This document shows positions 34,001 through 48,167 of a stretch of 64,000 nucleotides of DNA, one piece after another (positions within the stretch are counted from its first letter, which is position 1; the number at the start of each line of letters is the position of its first letter). The DNA lies in assembly GCF_035594765.1 (NCBI RefSeq), contig NC_085842.1:146705036-146769035 (forward strand), read 5' to 3'. The notes below the pieces were generated by a model. The model worked only from the letters and a program-made list of their open reading frames with translations. It had not been told where the DNA came from and ran no database searches. The position numbers and the translations under genes were made by a program. The stretch is from Anolis carolinensis. Lineage: Eukaryota.

Positions 34001-37000
34001 AAGTAAGTACACCCGACTGATTGCAATGGGGCTTACATCTGGGTAGAAATGCATGGAACAAGTGGGGTAGGAGAACCAGGGCTTGCAGGACATTTTCATT
34101 GGCACAGAAAGTGATATCAACCTCTCCTTCACCTTTGGGCTGCTTTCTTCTTTCTGCAGGAGCAGGTAGCTGGTGGCAAAATGTTTCAGATTTTGGGATG
34201 CTTCAGATTTCAGACAAGGAATGTTCAACCTGTACTGACTGGCCTTGTATTATACACTCATGTTTTACATCTGAAGTATGAATAAAATAACCTTGACTTT
34301 TAGTGTTGTTGCTGATAATATATTAGAATTTTAAAATTGTAGTACAGTAGAGTCTCACTTATCCAAGCTAAACGGGCTGGCAGAAGCTTGGATAAGTGAA
34401 TATCTTGGATAATAAGGAGGGATTAAGGAAAAGCCTATTAAACATCAAATTAGGTTATGATTTTACAAATTAAGCACCAAAACATCATGTTATACAATAA
34501 ATTTGACAGAAAAAGTAGTTCATTATGCAGTAATGTTATGTTGTAATTACAGTATTTACAAATTTAGCACCAAAATATCACAATATATTGAAAACATTGA
34601 CTACAAAAATGGTTTGGATAATCCAGAAACTTGGATAAGCAAGGCTTTGATAAGTGAGACTCTACTGTATTTGAATTAGAAAAGATTTTCCAATATTATT
34701 TCTGAGCATGGCTCCTCAAAAGCAAGAGCCATTGAGAACAATGATTTTCCCTCCAAGTGTGTATGAACAGAATACAGGCAAGAAGGAAAACAGAAACTGA
34801 TGGGGATTACTATGATTTTCAAGCAAATGTTCAAAAGCAAAAAATTGTGGTGGCCAATATGTTTCTGATCCAGAAGAAAGAACGAAAAATATGCCATGTC
34901 CTGTGCAGGGTGAGCAAGGGGTGCATCTCACCTGTAGACCAGAAGAATGCATGTCACAAAAAAGGAGACCCCAGTGACAAATAAGTAGGCCAGGGGCATG
35001 TTGTAGGGCAGCTGGACCTGACTGGGCTGCCTGCAATGTGTGACATTAGAGCTGGAAGCACAGGGGTCATTCAGTGTGAAATTACTGTAGTAGCCGTAAT
35101 ACAACAGGGTGTGAGTGAAGTATCCCTGTGGAGAGAAGAGAGAAAATTATCCTGGTCTCTTGCTTTGACACTTGATGGCCATTATATGAGACAATTGACT
35201 CATGTAAATCGTCCATCAAAGCCAGAAGGAAATTAGAGTTCGATCCTACACTCAGTCATGGAAACCCACTGGGTGAGCTTTGGTAGAGTCACATACCCTA
35301 AGCCCCATAAAACCTTGTGATAGGATGTCCTTAGGGTCACTTTAAGTCAGAAAAGACCTAAAGGAATTCAGCAATAACAAATGGTTCATCAAAGCAGTTA
35401 ACATCAGAAGCTTTACATCTCCTCTAGTAATCTACCAGAATTGAAGAAACATAGGAGTATACCATGCATCATTTTACACATCCATTGTGTAGTTCATACT
35501 TTTTAATAGTGTCAAAAGCGACTTGAGAACATACGGCAAGTCACTTCTGGTGTGAGAGAATTGGCCATCTACAGAGACATTGCCCAGGGGATGCCTGGAT
35601 GTGTTACCATCCTGCTAGGAGGCTTCTCTCATGTCCCCGCAAGCTAGAGCTGACAGATTCACCCCATCTCACAGATTCAAACCAGCAACCTTCAAGTCAG
35701 CAACCAACCTTCAGGTCAGCAATCCAGCCAGCACAAGAGTTTAACTAATTGCACCACCGCATCCCCTGCATAGTTCATACTGCAGAGATATGAGGTAATG
35801 AGCATGCAGGTGTACATTACACTCACATTTCCATAGTCTAATGGGTAACTGCTGTATATTTGGTCAGGACGATACCATCACATTTTGAGTTAACAGTTGG
35901 TCATTCTATTCTGCTATGGCCTGAAGCCTGACTTTCCCAAATAGTGTGCATGTACAATTTAGATGGGGGGCAGGAGGGAGGTAGAGATACATATTTAAGG
36001 CCTACAACAGAGAAAGGCAACCCCTGAGGATGGGGAAGTTGGATTGGCTCCCTCTGAACCCACTAGTGCAGTGGTTCTCAACCCGTGGGTCCCCAGGTGT
36101 TTTGGCCTACCCGTGGGTCCCCAGGTGTTTTGGCCTAGAAATCCCAGCCAGTTTACCAGCTGTTTGGATTTCTGGGAGTTGAAGGCCAAAAACATCTGGG
36201 AACCCTAGGTTGAGAAGCACTGCACTACTGCCTGTATGCCAGTTCTGGAGCAGCACAGCTAATCATGGACAACAGTTGGCTAAAATAAAGGCCCTTGAAT
36301 TTTCATTCAAAACAAGGCGTGTGAAGACCAATTTATGGATCACATCACACTTCCAGGAAGCTTTTGGGAGCAACAATTTGCTCAAACTGAGAAATATGCT
36401 CCACACTCTTCTTGCTTTACAGGAAAACTTTGAGTAACTTTCCTGGTAGCAAATTCAGTAAAATTCAGAATTTGCAGACAATGGGCAACTTTCAAAAATG
36501 TGTGGGTGAGAGTGGTCTACATGTTCCTATTTCCTTCTCACAATAGAGAGGTATTATGTCTTTCATTTGCGTTTGGGAGAAAAACTCTCATGAGACAAGC
36601 AAGCCATTCTGCTGCATCTTTTTTCTTAATCCATGGTGGGAACAAGGAATAAGGTAAAAGGCATATTTATATTTTCCAGCACATGTCACACGTAGAAGCA
36701 CAATGGATTGTTCTAACAATGTTAAAAGCACACACAATTTATTCGATGAATACTCACTGCTCCAGTGAAGAGCTCGAGCCCTGTAAAGGCTTCTCTGTTG
36801 TGTGTGGCAGGAGGGTAAGCAGCCTGCATGGCAACTACAAAGACCAGCAGAATCAGGAACAAGAAAAAATTAAATGTAAGCAAAGTCTTGACGAACAGGA
36901 AATAAGAAAGGATGCTGGATCCAAAGCGACCACTGATCTGCTTGAGAGAATAATGCCATGGCTGGAGAGTGTGAAGGAGGGACAGCAGGCTGTACCAGAG

Positions 37001-40000
37001 ATTTCGGAAACCCTGTAAGGAAAATAGATATGAATGGAAAAGCTTTTCAGTTCCAAAGATGGTCTAAGCTATCTTGGACTAATGGGCCATTTGGGCCTTT
37101 TTCCTATTGGCATTTTTGAAGTGTTTTAAAACCATGCATTCAAGTATATCAAACATGCAGTTGTTGCATTGTTCCTCTAATACAGTGGTTCTCAACCTGT
37201 GGGTCCCCAGGTATTTTGGCCTACAACTCCCAGAAATCCCAGCCAGTTTCCCAGCTGTTAGGATTTCTGGGTTGAAGGCCAAAACATATGGGGACACACA
37301 GGTTGAGAACCACTGCGTTTAATATCTAGATGCTAAAATAAGATACATCAAAGAAGCAAATTGATAAAACTTGCAAAGCAGCTGATAAAGAAGAAATGTC
37401 AAAACAGCTTTTTCCCCGGGTCTAGCTTATTATGAACTGAGATGTTCAGTCTCTACAGAGAGTGATTTCTCCAAACATAAACAGAGACTTATATGTAGTC
37501 ATGTTGAAGAGAGAACTGCCATATCTTCTCCTCTGCTTGCTCTTAAATGGTTGCCGAGAAGCACTTTGCTTATGCAAAGTGAAACGAAATAGTAACAGCC
37601 TCCACTTTAGATGAGGAACACTTTGTATTAAGCCACTCTTTGAGCATTTTTGCATAGCAAACGGGATGCTTCTTGGTTAACCAGAATGAGTGAGCCAAAG
37701 CCCATCTTTCCTATTTTTCCAAATTCTCAGCATCAAAATTGACCTGCTGCCGTTTTTCACAAACTCATCGAACTCATCGAACAAAAGTCTGCTCCCTTTG
37801 TACCAATCACTATCATGACAAGGGATGAACCGTTTCTTTCTGCACTCCATGTAATAACTCAGATTTTCGTAAAGCATGCTGAGATCAATAGCAACTCTGA
37901 GGTTGGCAAAGAGACAAAAGCTAAAAGCTCTCACAGTTCTTACAACTTAAAAAAATCCATTGATTTCATGAAAGAACTTTGTAAAAATTTCTTTCCAACA
38001 GCAGTTGGAACATAGGAGCCACACTTTCACCCCAAGGAGACTCCAAATGTGGGCTTAGAGGTTTTCTGGTACATTTTACCTTTATTATTTATTAAATTAA
38101 TTTGTCTTGCCCTATTTTGTAAGATCCCCCTAGAACCAAATCCCATAGTAAAGGTAAAGGTTTTGCCTTGATCTTAAGTCTAGTCGAATCCAACTCTGGG
38201 GGGTGGTGCTCATCTCCATTTCTAAGCCAAAGAGCTGGCATTGTCCATAGACACCTCCTAGGTCATGTGGCCAGCATGACTGCATGGAGCGCTGTTACCT
38301 CCCTCCCGAAGCGGTATCTATTGATCTACTCACATTTGCATGTTTTCGAACTTCTAGGTTGGCAGAAGCTGGGACTAACAAAGGGAGCTCACTCTGCTCC
38401 CAGGATTCAAACCACCAATCTTTCAGTCAGCAAGTTCAGCAGCTCAGTGGTGTAACCCACTGCGCCATCAGGGGGGCCTAAATCCCATAGGAGTCTTGGA
38501 ATCAAATCTCAGCAGGAGCCAAAGACTCACTTCACTTGGTGAAGGAATGAAACTAATATCTGTTCTTATTTGTGTGAAAATTTGCAATCAATTAGCCTTG
38601 GTAAGAAGGTTGAGGGTGAAATCTATTAGCAGCATCTGCCCTAGACATGAACATAGAATACACACCTCCCTGTTTTGAGATTATGAGTACCAAACTAGAT
38701 GATTGTTCTTATACTACATAGGTAGAACAGATGGATAATGGCTTACTATAATGATGTGGTATTTAAGCCGGCTGCACTGTGACAAAGGAGCAGTCGTCTT
38801 GGGTTTTTGCAAGGTCCCTGAGTAGCCACTTGAATCGTGCCTACAAAAGAAATAAGCAGGCAGATTTAAAAGCACTCCAGAAAAGTTGTTGCTTTGAACA
38901 GAATTATGAATTCCCCATGCTGTTTCAGGTTCAGCCCCTCAATCTGATCCCCACAATGCTTTTTCTTTGTCCAGAAAGAGCTAGTGGCCAGAAAAGGTAG
39001 AACCTAAGGATGCATAAAAGCACTTACCTGAGTCGGCGCTTTTCGGTCAGACTTAGAGGCATTGCTTGCAGCATGTTAATGCGCTGATTTGCTGGTAGGC
39101 TCCGAAGTTCTTTCACCAATAAGGCACGCTTGGCTAGGAAGGAAAGCACATAGGTAGCAAGAGGTCAGAAATCAGGGAGACAGAAACAACAGCATTCCCC
39201 ATAGACACACATTTTGGCAGCAGAAAGAAAAAACAACTCAAAGGAGAACCCCTCTAATATATTCCACTTTGGATCTAGGCACCATTAAAACAAAATAATA
39301 TTAATAATACAGAGAAATAGTGGCTGACAACAAGAAAATAGAATGTTTATGGTGAAATGTGCCAGAAAAGTGAGCACCATCACTCTTCTGGACATCATAT
39401 CTGGAAAACCTATAGAGCTCCTGTCTCTTCTGGTGAGGAAGTCAGATTTTTACAATGTACCAGTAATACCAGGAGAAAGGGACTGGGTGATGAAGACATC
39501 TGAATGGAAGGATAACATATGGTAGATCTGGGATTTATCTGGCCCTCCACATAGTACACTGACGAAGTCCTATGATCCTGCAACATTGCTTTTACTAGCT
39601 AAGGCTGATGGGGATCACAATCAAACAATATATGGAGGACCACTTACTCATTCCTGTATCATGCTAATCACTAGTGTTAGCTATTTACATTTATAGCACA
39701 TAGTTAGTAGCCTTGGGGAAGCATTGCTCCCAATTCCCTGGAACTGCCTCCTTGCCCAAGAGTGCCATCCTCCTAGCTCTTTCAGCCAACTTACTTTCTT
39801 CCTCCTCCTGACCAGAGTCAAGCTCTAGATCAAGCTGCCGAACACTGGGCCGTGCAGAGCGGGACACTTTTTGCAATGGTACACGGCTGCTCCTACGGCG
39901 CAACCTGGCAGTGCGATTATAATACTGGGACAGGATGGCTCCTCTGCTACGGCCTGCAAGCAGAACAGAGAGGCACAAAAAATGATGAGTACAGCCCATC

Positions 40001-43000
40001 AAATAGACAGCTATTGCTCTACTAAGCTCTTGAGCATTCAGGTCCCAGAATTTCAACTTGTGTCTGTGGCTTTTGCTTCATAAAAGGAAGCAGACCAGAT
40101 GCCTCCATGCAGGTTCACTCCAACTTACCAATGGTTCTGCTCGGCATGCTGGCAAGGATCCTCAGTGTGGCGGAGGAGAAATCGGGATGTTCCACTGTTT
40201 CCTCTGGCGATTCCCCAGCCTCCGACCGTCGGGGAGAAGAAGCCACGTAAGCCACATTCTCTGGACAGGTGTGAGAGGAAACAGATCTTCTTTACAAGAG
40301 AAAAAAGGTGTCTATGCTAAAGATAGTGCCAATTTGCGCTGCTAATCTAATCTGCAAATGTGTACAGATGGTTTTCATAAAACACAATTAGGCTGCCTAC
40401 CGTGCAAGTGGTAGATTTTGCATTTTTAAAGAAATCTGTTTTTGAAGCAGTCACAGAAAGATAAATAAACAGGACGAGAGTTGGTTTCTAGGATTGCTTG
40501 CTTGTTTCCACAACTTTTAAGATTCAGTGTTGTTAACAAATTAGGTTTCAAGGAATTCTTAGGCTTTCATAATGATCAAATGAATTTTCACAGCACATTC
40601 TGCTATCTAGCCTAATTCCTCTATGACCATAGGAAATCCTCTCCAAGTGATTTGTATAGTGAAAAACAAATATTTAACAGTTTGTAATACCAGAACTGGT
40701 TCTTTTGCAGCATCAGTACTTGCTGGGGAGATGTCATTGTGGGTTTACACACAACTCCATCTCTCACGGCTAATTACAGCATCTGGAAAAGATCACTGAA
40801 TTTTACATTCACTGGTTTTCTCCAGAAACTTTGTAACCTGTGACATGTTTTACTTTTTAATTGCTAATCCAAATGTTGTTAGTAAAAACAGTCTTTTCCC
40901 TAGTTGATAATTCTACCTGCCTCAGAGGAAAAGACTTAACAGAAAAAGCTACTTCCAGTAAATATGTTTCACTTCCACCACTATTTCTGTTTCAACTATT
41001 TCCCTGCAATGTTTCTGAAATGAATATACCCACCCCTTAAACCTCAGCACTGCAGCTGTGACCTGTCTCACCTCTGCCCCTTGAAGCCAGATCCTCCATC
41101 TCCACCATCTCTTGTTCAGCCAACTGGCTCTGCTCCTGGATGAGCTGATGGAAGGAATCATGCACGGCACCTTCATCATATGGACTTGTGTCCTCGCTGT
41201 CAAGAACAAAGAACCAGGGAACAAAACTATACAACTGGCATGTTTCCTAAAAGGACATTATTCTAGCTCACACTTGATTCATGTGGGACAATACTATAAG
41301 TCAGGTACATAGCGAGAAAGAGGGAGAATTATGTTTAAGAACAGATAGAGCCTGGCAAGTGTCTTTTGTTCCTTTCAGCCATCATAGTTTCTGTTCTGAA
41401 CAATGAGCTCCCATATGCCTCATGTCTATATTTCGAAATACGCAGGTATGAGTTTGTGTACAAGAAGAGCAGGGCATGGGTCTTGAAAGGTTGTAGCTTT
41501 AAAGAAACTAAAGGCTACTCCAAACATTACAGTAAAAGCAGACACACAGTCGCTGCTTCCAGTTCAGAGCAATAAAAGGTAATTAATGTATCCTTAGTCA
41601 GTTGTTGCTTTTTTATGTCCATATTTTCTTATATACAGCAATGGCTAATGAAGCTTCCTGTTATATACTCCAATTCTGTGTACTGAGTGGCGAAAACAGT
41701 ACATAGCTATCTGAAATGACGTGAGAGAAGCCTCCCACAGGATGATAAAACATCAAACATCCGGGCATCCCCTGGGCAACCTCCTTGAGGTCCAATTCTC
41801 TCACACCAGAAGCAACTTGCAGTTTCTCAAGTTGCTCCTGACACGGAAAAAACATCTGAAATATTCTGGGATGGGGGAAGCACTTTTCTGTGAACATATG
41901 AAGTAACTCCAAGAGTAGATGAAAGTAAAAAACCTCACAGACACCCACCACACAACCTAGGTGTAGGGCATTCTTCCTTCAGCCTAATGGGAATATTAGT
42001 TGAGATAGGACAGTACAGAAAAATGAGGCCACAATGAACCTCAAGGTTCAATAGCTTTAGATTTGGTACTGCTGAATGCCATCAAGTCGCTTTCAACTTA
42101 TAAGAACCCTTTCATTGGGTTTTCTGAGATTAAGAATATCTGATTTGCCAATGGGTTTTCATGGCCAAACAGGGATTCGAACCATGCTCTAAAAAGTCAT
42201 AGTCCAATGCTAAAACCATTATGCTAAAAGTTTCTGAATGAACACTCTTCAGGAAAAAAGAACCATTTTGGGAATGAAAAATGCTTTTTTCAGCCCCGTA
42301 TCATGCTGCAAGTCCCTAGAAATGCAACTGGAACCCACTCAGGGAACTAAGCCAAAGGTGGTACCACTGCCCCCTTTTCTTCTGTCCAATTGAATGCATC
42401 TTAAGATATAACATAATTGTTATGTTTGGTAGAGTTGCAGTGTTGGATTTTCCCAGGCCCTAAAGGCTTCTGGACTGAAACTGTGACTTAGATCCCTTCC
42501 ACACTGCCCCTATCTCCCAGGATCTGATCCCACATTATCTGCTTATGCCAGATCGTCTGGCAGTGGAATCCAGTTTAAAGCAGATAATCTGGGATCAGAT
42601 TCTGGGATATAGGGCAGTGTAGAAGGGGCCTTAGAGACAATTCCATAATTAAACAGTATACACTAAGTTCTTACCACAGTTGCTCACAGAAAGATAACAT
42701 ATTTCTTGTTTGGGAATCAAAACTGAAATCTTAGCTAGAGGGGCTGTTTGGAGATAGGTTTTTCCTTCTCACTTACTTAGGAAGACAGAGAAAGGAACAT
42801 TTGTTCAGGCTCGCTTGCCCTGGTGCTGTAACAACTGGGAAGGAAGGCGGGAACTGGGTAAATAAATACCCAGCTGTCCTGGAGAGCTTTCACAACTTGT
42901 AATGAGAAATCAACAAAGTTTTGTGACTTATTGTAAAGTGATGCTCTACTAAGTGCCCTGGTGATTTGCACAGAGCCATTTTTGCTTTTGTCTAACAAGA

Positions 43001-44609
43001 ATGTGCTTGTGTGAATCCCATCTGGAGATGACACAGGAAAACTAAAGACGAGATCTGGCAGTCCTAATGTAAGTGTTTTCCTCCAGAGTACAGCCCTTAG
43101 CCATATGCTCTACAGATCCAGTTAGGGTGGACAATGTGAAACTCCATGATCACAGACAACAGGCACACCAGAGATCTGTGTAGAGACAATTTAGACAACA
43201 CAAATATAAACAAGAGAGCAAGGATTATGAGAATTCCTTAGTTTGATTAAATAAATCTCTGTAAACCATTTCTCTGTGTGTACCATCTAAAGTCCACAGT
43301 TGCAGAAACCTTCTCAACTCAGAACTTTACTGTTTATGGGAACTGTGATGCAATCTACTTCTATCAAAAGATCAAAAAGCTAATGAAACAATGGGATACT
43401 TTGCACTGTTTTGGTATCAGAATATTCCGATGACTGCGGCACTCTGAGCATGGACAAAAACTACAGTTTTGAGTAATCGTTTTTTTACTGTGGATCACTA
43501 ACTTTGTACTTCCTCTGACTGACTCATTGAAGACAACATATTAGAGCAAACAGTCCAATTATCATGCCCAATAAAGACTTTTTTGTCCTCTGTCCTTTTT
43601 TTTCCCATCTTAAGTCTGCATGGATACAAGTGGACGTGCCTCTTCTACGCACACACAGGAAGAGTCTAAAAAGGCAAAGAGGCCTCCGTGCTCCAGCATT
43701 CCCATCCCCTGTGTGGGCTGTTTCTTTCTATGGTGAAATTCTGACCTCTTATCAAGTAAAAACAAACATGTCTGTCACACCCAATTTTACAGTCTTAAAC
43801 TACTATATGTGTGCTCCAATGTTTCTGAGTAAGTGTCATAGTGCATTTCCTGCTCTTCTTGAATGTCTTCCTCTTTCAGATTGTCAGCAATCAGGATGCT
43901 ATGCTCTAAATAGATAAGGAATTTCATCTTCTTGGTTAGTTTTTGCTTCCTAGGAGTGTGGGGATATTATTTATTTATTGAATTTATATCCCACTCTTCC
44001 TTGAGTGACCTCAAAACAATTTACATAACTTGTTTCCTTTCCACTTTATCCCATATAAAATAGATTAGGCTGAGAGAGAGAGTGACAGACCCAGGATTAA
44101 GATGTGCCTTAATCCGGTAGGGACTAGAACCAGCAACTCTCAAGTCTCAGTTTAATTCTATGTGTCTTACTATGATACCGCACTAGCTGTTTGACTCTCA
44201 GGCCCCTTCTACACTGCCATATAAACCAGATGATCAAAGCAGATAATCCACATTATCGGCTTTATATGAGTCTACACTGCCATATAATCCAGTTCAAAGC
44301 AGATAATCTAGATTTTATATGGCATCATAGAAGCGGCCTCGGAAATCTCTGGTTAAGAGTGTCTTGGAACAGCGTCATCTGATTTTTGGCAAAATAGAAG
44401 TATTTCAAAGGAAAGAGGTACTACTAGATTAATTTTTTCTAGTAATTAAGGTGCATTGCACTAGTCATATACCACATTTTAGTGCTTATCTAGGTCACAG
44501 AAAAGCAATCTTACAAATTTAGTACTCATAACATGAGACTGAAGTACACTCACCTCTTAGCCTCATTGTTCTCAGGAGCATGAAATGTGAAAGTCACCGT
44601 GTGGGACAT
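22029..44609 (-). CDS. TMC6: Transmembrane channel-like protein 6 (EVER1), about 797 aa, 19 coding exons
   Basis: Exons in transcript order: 44554-44609, 41072-41196, 40129-40260, 39795-39953, 39028-39133, 38747-38840, 36758-37012, 34932-35125, 33730-33874 (GC donor), 32929-33084, 31159-31331, 29308-29389, 27509-27606, 26722-26817, 24819-24894, 24194-24327, 23596-23772, 22576-22654, 22029-22085 (TGA). Total 2394 nt, in frame. TMC6-diagnostic peptides: [49 protein letters not shown], the TMC signature [28 protein letters not shown] and [13 protein letters not shown]. Confidence 0.95.
26200..26386 (+). mobile_element. L2 LINE 3' tail
   Basis: GTAAGCCGCCCTGAGTCCCTTCGGG...GGGCGGGATATAAAT followed by (AAAT)n. 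Confidence 0.65.
29620..29855 (+). mobile_element. 5S rRNA-derived SINE (SINE3, 5S-Sauria-like), decayed
   Basis: Head GCACCAGATCCTGTCTAATCT...GCCCTGATTAGTACTTGGATAGGAGACT...GCAGGCT aligns to 5S rRNA (GCGCCCGATCTCGTCTGATCT...GCCTGGTTAGTACTTGGATGGGAGACC...GTAGGCT) with an internal deletion. Followed by an RTE/BovB-like 3' body. Confidence 0.7.
31438..31770. mobile_element. Tc1/mariner MITE
   Basis: TIR CAGTAG(AG)TCTCACTTATCCAA, TA flanks; same family as 17223-17545. Confidence 0.85.
32165..32570 (+). mobile_element. Penelope-like element 3' fragment
   Basis: Same family as 50491-50964 and 51753-52265. Retains GAAACGTCAGGAGAGAATGC, but the hammerhead CTGAGGA core is deleted. Confidence 0.7.
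33157..33291. mobile_element. hAT (Charlie-like) MITE
   Basis: TIR CAGTGGTT(T)CCCA, 8-bp TSD GCCTAGGC/GCCTAGGA. Confidence 0.8.
34345..34667. mobile_element. Tc1/mariner MITE
   Basis: TIR CAGTAGAGTCTCACTTATC, TA TSD. Confidence 0.85.
35501..35770 (-). mobile_element. tRNA-derived lizard SINE, full length
   Basis: 11-bp TSD TAGTTCATACT (35490-35500 and 35771-35781). B-box-like GGTTTGAATC on the - strand. Confidence 0.8.
36069..36222. mobile_element. hAT (Charlie-like) MITE
   Basis: TIR CAGTGGTTCTCAACC, TSD CACTAGTG/CACTACTG, internal duplication of about 30 bp. Confidence 0.8.
37183..37315. mobile_element. hAT (Charlie-like) MITE
   Basis: TIRs CAGTGGTTCTCAACCTGTG / CACAGGTTGAGAACCACTG. Confidence 0.8.
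38149..38479 (-). mobile_element. Sauria SINE, full length
   Basis: (ACCTTT)n tail on the - strand, characteristic body (GGTCATGTGGCCAGCATGACTGCATGGAGCG, CTATTGATCTACTCAC) and 11-bp TSD AAATCCCATAG (38138-38148 and 38480-38490). Confidence 0.85.
42491..42630. mobile_element. PIF/Harbinger-type palindromic MITE
   Basis: Long inverted repeats with a 3-bp TTA TSD. Relatives at about 44200-44340, 47388-47490, 48198-48303 and 50168-50441. Confidence 0.75.
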
Positions 44610-45959
44610 CCTGAAGTCTCTGCTTCACAGTTAGTGACTACTAATTTGCTTCCCTCCTTATTTTGATTTCTGAAGGTATGTCTCAGTGCAGGTTAAAGAA
44701 CAAGCCCATCATCATCAGATGAAACTGCTTCCGCTGCCGAGCTTCTGCATCATCAGAAGTTTATACGATGCTGAGGACAGGATGTCTGCTCTTACAATTT
44801 TCCACCCCCTTAGTCGACAAAGAAGGGCTCAGAGACTGCTTGCAACATTTGAGCCTTTGCAGAAATGCAAAGCTATAGTCACTTCCCTCCGAATGGTCAA
44901 AAGTCTGTCATACCAGCGATCCACTCAGGGGGCAAACATACTGTGGAAGAGAAAGGAAACAAGCAAGGTTGAGACAAAGTTCGGTCTGGTGCACTGACCT
45001 TGCTCTGCATTTCAGAACTCAGATAACACAAACACAACTGCAGGAAACAGGACTTTGTTTCCACCCCTCAGAGTTGAAGAGCTGAAGGGAGGAAAAAGGA
45101 GTTTTGGTATTTCCAAAAATGAATGGGAAGCCAGTGGCTGGTAGAGAAAGTGGCAGGCGACCCGCAAGTGCTTCTCTTGCCTCCATGGTTCTAGCCTGAA
45201 GACCAATAGAGATGAAGTTTCTTGTGCTTATCTCAGCCCCAGCTGTCCCAACATATTATCAGGGAGACTGGGGCTGTTGAATACACAAGGGCTGGCTGAT
45301 CAGCACCAGAGCACAAGGAATGTCCAGCCCCTGCATTCTTGGGGGTGGAGGGAACACAGCCCCCTCGTCACTCACTCGCTGGTTGAAATCGCTTCCTCAT
45401 TAACATGGCACTTGCTTCAAATGGCAAGCCAACAAGGCAAATGCTGTTTCCTGGCTAACAGGAAACTTGCCTTCACCGCATTCTGTCCTGCCGCAAATCC
45501 CTGAAAAGGTCCGTAGCTATTGGCAGGGTATGAGCAGGTTGAAAAATGGAGGATAATTTGGATGCCGGCAGTATACTTTATACCAGATTTTTAAAAATCT
45601 ATGTTGCCTGGAGCCAAGAAGCCACTTAGTTTACCTTAGAGTGCTCTGTTCAACAAGAGTTGTAACACAGTTTTACTTCAAAGGACATCTTATTTTGAGA
45701 GCTTTGCACAGGGAACATCCCTATTTCATAAGTCTGGATCTGAGAACTCAGAAAATAACTCTCTGGTACAGTTCACTCACCCCAAATACCTGAAACTATT
45801 TGTAATAGCAAAGCTCATGGTTTGACTTGTTTAGAAGGATACCATAGACTCATACAGGAAGACCCAGAAAGGTTCACAAACATTTTAGGGAGATATATTT
45901 TGGAGTGTGGGTAAGTGAAATCATGGATGTTGACTCCATGGGTACAGTTAGTTTTAAAA

Positions 45960-46210
45960 AAAGGTAAATGTTTTCCCCTGACATTAAGTCCAGTCATGTC
46001 TGACTCTGGGGTGTGGTGCTCATCTCCATTTCTAAGCCAAAGAGCCGGCGCTGTCCGTAGACACCTCCAAGGTCATGTGGCCAGCATGACTGCATGGAGC
46101 GCCATAACCTTCCCGCCGGAGCAGTACCTATTGATCTACTCACATTGGCATGTTTTCAAACTGCTAGGTTGGCAGGAGCTGGAGCTAACAGTGGCCACTC
46201 ATGCCGCCAT
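45960..46210 (-). mobile_element. Sauria SINE, 5'-truncated
   Basis: Highly similar to 38149-38479. Confidence 0.8.
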
Positions 46211-47827
46211 CAACTATATAATATAAACAGATAGGAAGTCTAAAAACCATTAAATTCATATAGTAGGTGCTTATCTAAACAGGGAAGTCATAACTCAACA
46301 TGGGACAGAATATGATAACAGAAGATCCCTCAGTGAAGTCACTGAGACTTCTGTGTTTTCATCAGCCATGCTTCTGTGGTCATTGAGACTTTAAAAAGGA
46401 CAAACTCTCTTTTAGATCTTAGGGTTTGGGTTGGCTAAGACATCAGAAGACCACTCCCAAAGGACACTTAATGTAAGCCATCTAGGACTTGAAGAAACAC
46501 CACCAACAAACTGTGCTCAAAAAGAAACTGGTAACTACCGAAGCCCTTCTTGGAAAGTGGTGACATAATCTCAGAAGCCACAGCCCACCTGCTTTGTCAC
46601 TGTTGCATTCTGGGCCAGATTAATTTTCTGAACACTCTTCAGAAGGAGCCTCATGTTGAGTGTGTAATCCAGTCAAAACATTACCAAAGTGCGAGTCACC
46701 ACAGCCAACACTGACCTCATCAGGAATGGATGAAGTTGGTGGACCAACCTGAGCTGGTCAAAAACTCTTCAAGTTATAGCTACAGGCTGGCATCCAGGAG
46801 CAAAGCTGACCTGAAATGCTCCAAACTGAGAACTATCTTGTTCAAGGGGATAAGTGGGTACCATCCCATCCAAGATTAAATTGATATGGCAGAACTCATG
46901 AACATGGAGAGCCAGTTGTGCACCTTTATTCAGCCCGAGTCTAGGTTTTTGTTTCCTTTATATGCAGACACAGAAAAATAATCATTATAGGTGGTATATC
47001 ATATACAGCCACCACTGAGAATTAAGGGGTTAACTGTGGCACACCCATCCTCCCCCCCTAGCACCAGGAACTGGAATTTCAGAGTGCTTTGTTCATGTGC
47101 CCTGCAGGCAAGTTTATGTAGATAGATGGGTTGGGCTGGTTTTAATTTTACACATTTTAGAAACAGCTTTGTATTAAAAAAAAACACATACACAGAGATA
47201 CATTGTCATGCATGTTGCCAATGTTGTAGAATGACCCATTTCATTGAGTATATATCACATAGTAAAACAGAAGAATATACAACTGACCGATAATGACTGG
47301 CACAAAATTATAAGCTTTTCTGTTAAAAAACGAAAGAAAGAAAAGAAAAGAAAGGGGGGCTTTCCTTGTAGGAATTAGAATAACAAAGGGCCCTTCCACA
47401 CAGCCATATAACCCAGAGTATTAAGGCAGAAAATCCCACAATGTCTGCTTTGAACTGGGATATCTGAGCAGATAATGTTGGATTTTATTCATAAGATGAG
47501 ATCATGGCAGATAAAATGGAAACACAGCACTATGACCGTGTGGTCTTAAAGGACCCTAATAGCTCAACAGGACTAAACACAGCAACCAGAATGGTTTCTT
47601 AGCTGCAACAGGTTAGATATGTGGAGGGGGACAGAACTAGATCTGAACACAGAAAACTCTGAACAGGGAGCCTGTTGCTCTCCGAATATTTCAGATTACA
47701 AGTTTCACAGTCCTTTATCATTGGCCATGCTGGGTGAAGGAGAGAGCCAGCGTGGTGTAGTGAGTCATGTGTTAGTTAGACTGTAACTATGGAGATTAGG
47801 GTTCACTCTACCATGGAAGCCTACTGA

Positions 47828-47973
47828 GTCCCCTTCTACACTGCCATATAATCCAGATTATTTTCTTTGAACAGGATTATATAGAAGTGTAGACTAATAC
47901 AATCCAGTTCAAAGCAGATAATGTGGATTATCTACTTTGATAATCTGGATTATATGGCAGTGTAGAAGGGGTC
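47828..47973. mobile_element. PIF/Harbinger-type MITE inserted in an older tRNA/CORE-like SINE (about 47745-48120)
   Basis: Palindromic CCCCTTCTACACTGCCATATAATCCAG with a 3-bp TGA TSD. Confidence 0.75.
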
Positions 47974-48112
47974 TGAGTGATCTTGGGTAAGTTATATTTT
48001 CTCAGCTGCTGGAAAGCAAAGGCAAATTTGCTCTGAACAAATCTTGCCAAGAAAACCCCTTAATAGGGGCACCTTAGGGTCACCAAAAGCTGAAAATGAA
48101 CTAAAGGTACAT

Positions 48113-48167
48113 CACAACAACAACAACAGCAACAGCAGAAGCAACAACAGCAACAACAACAACAACG
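48113..48167. repeat. (CAA/CAG)n microsatellite
   Basis: Direct reading; continues from the SINE tail. Confidence 0.85.
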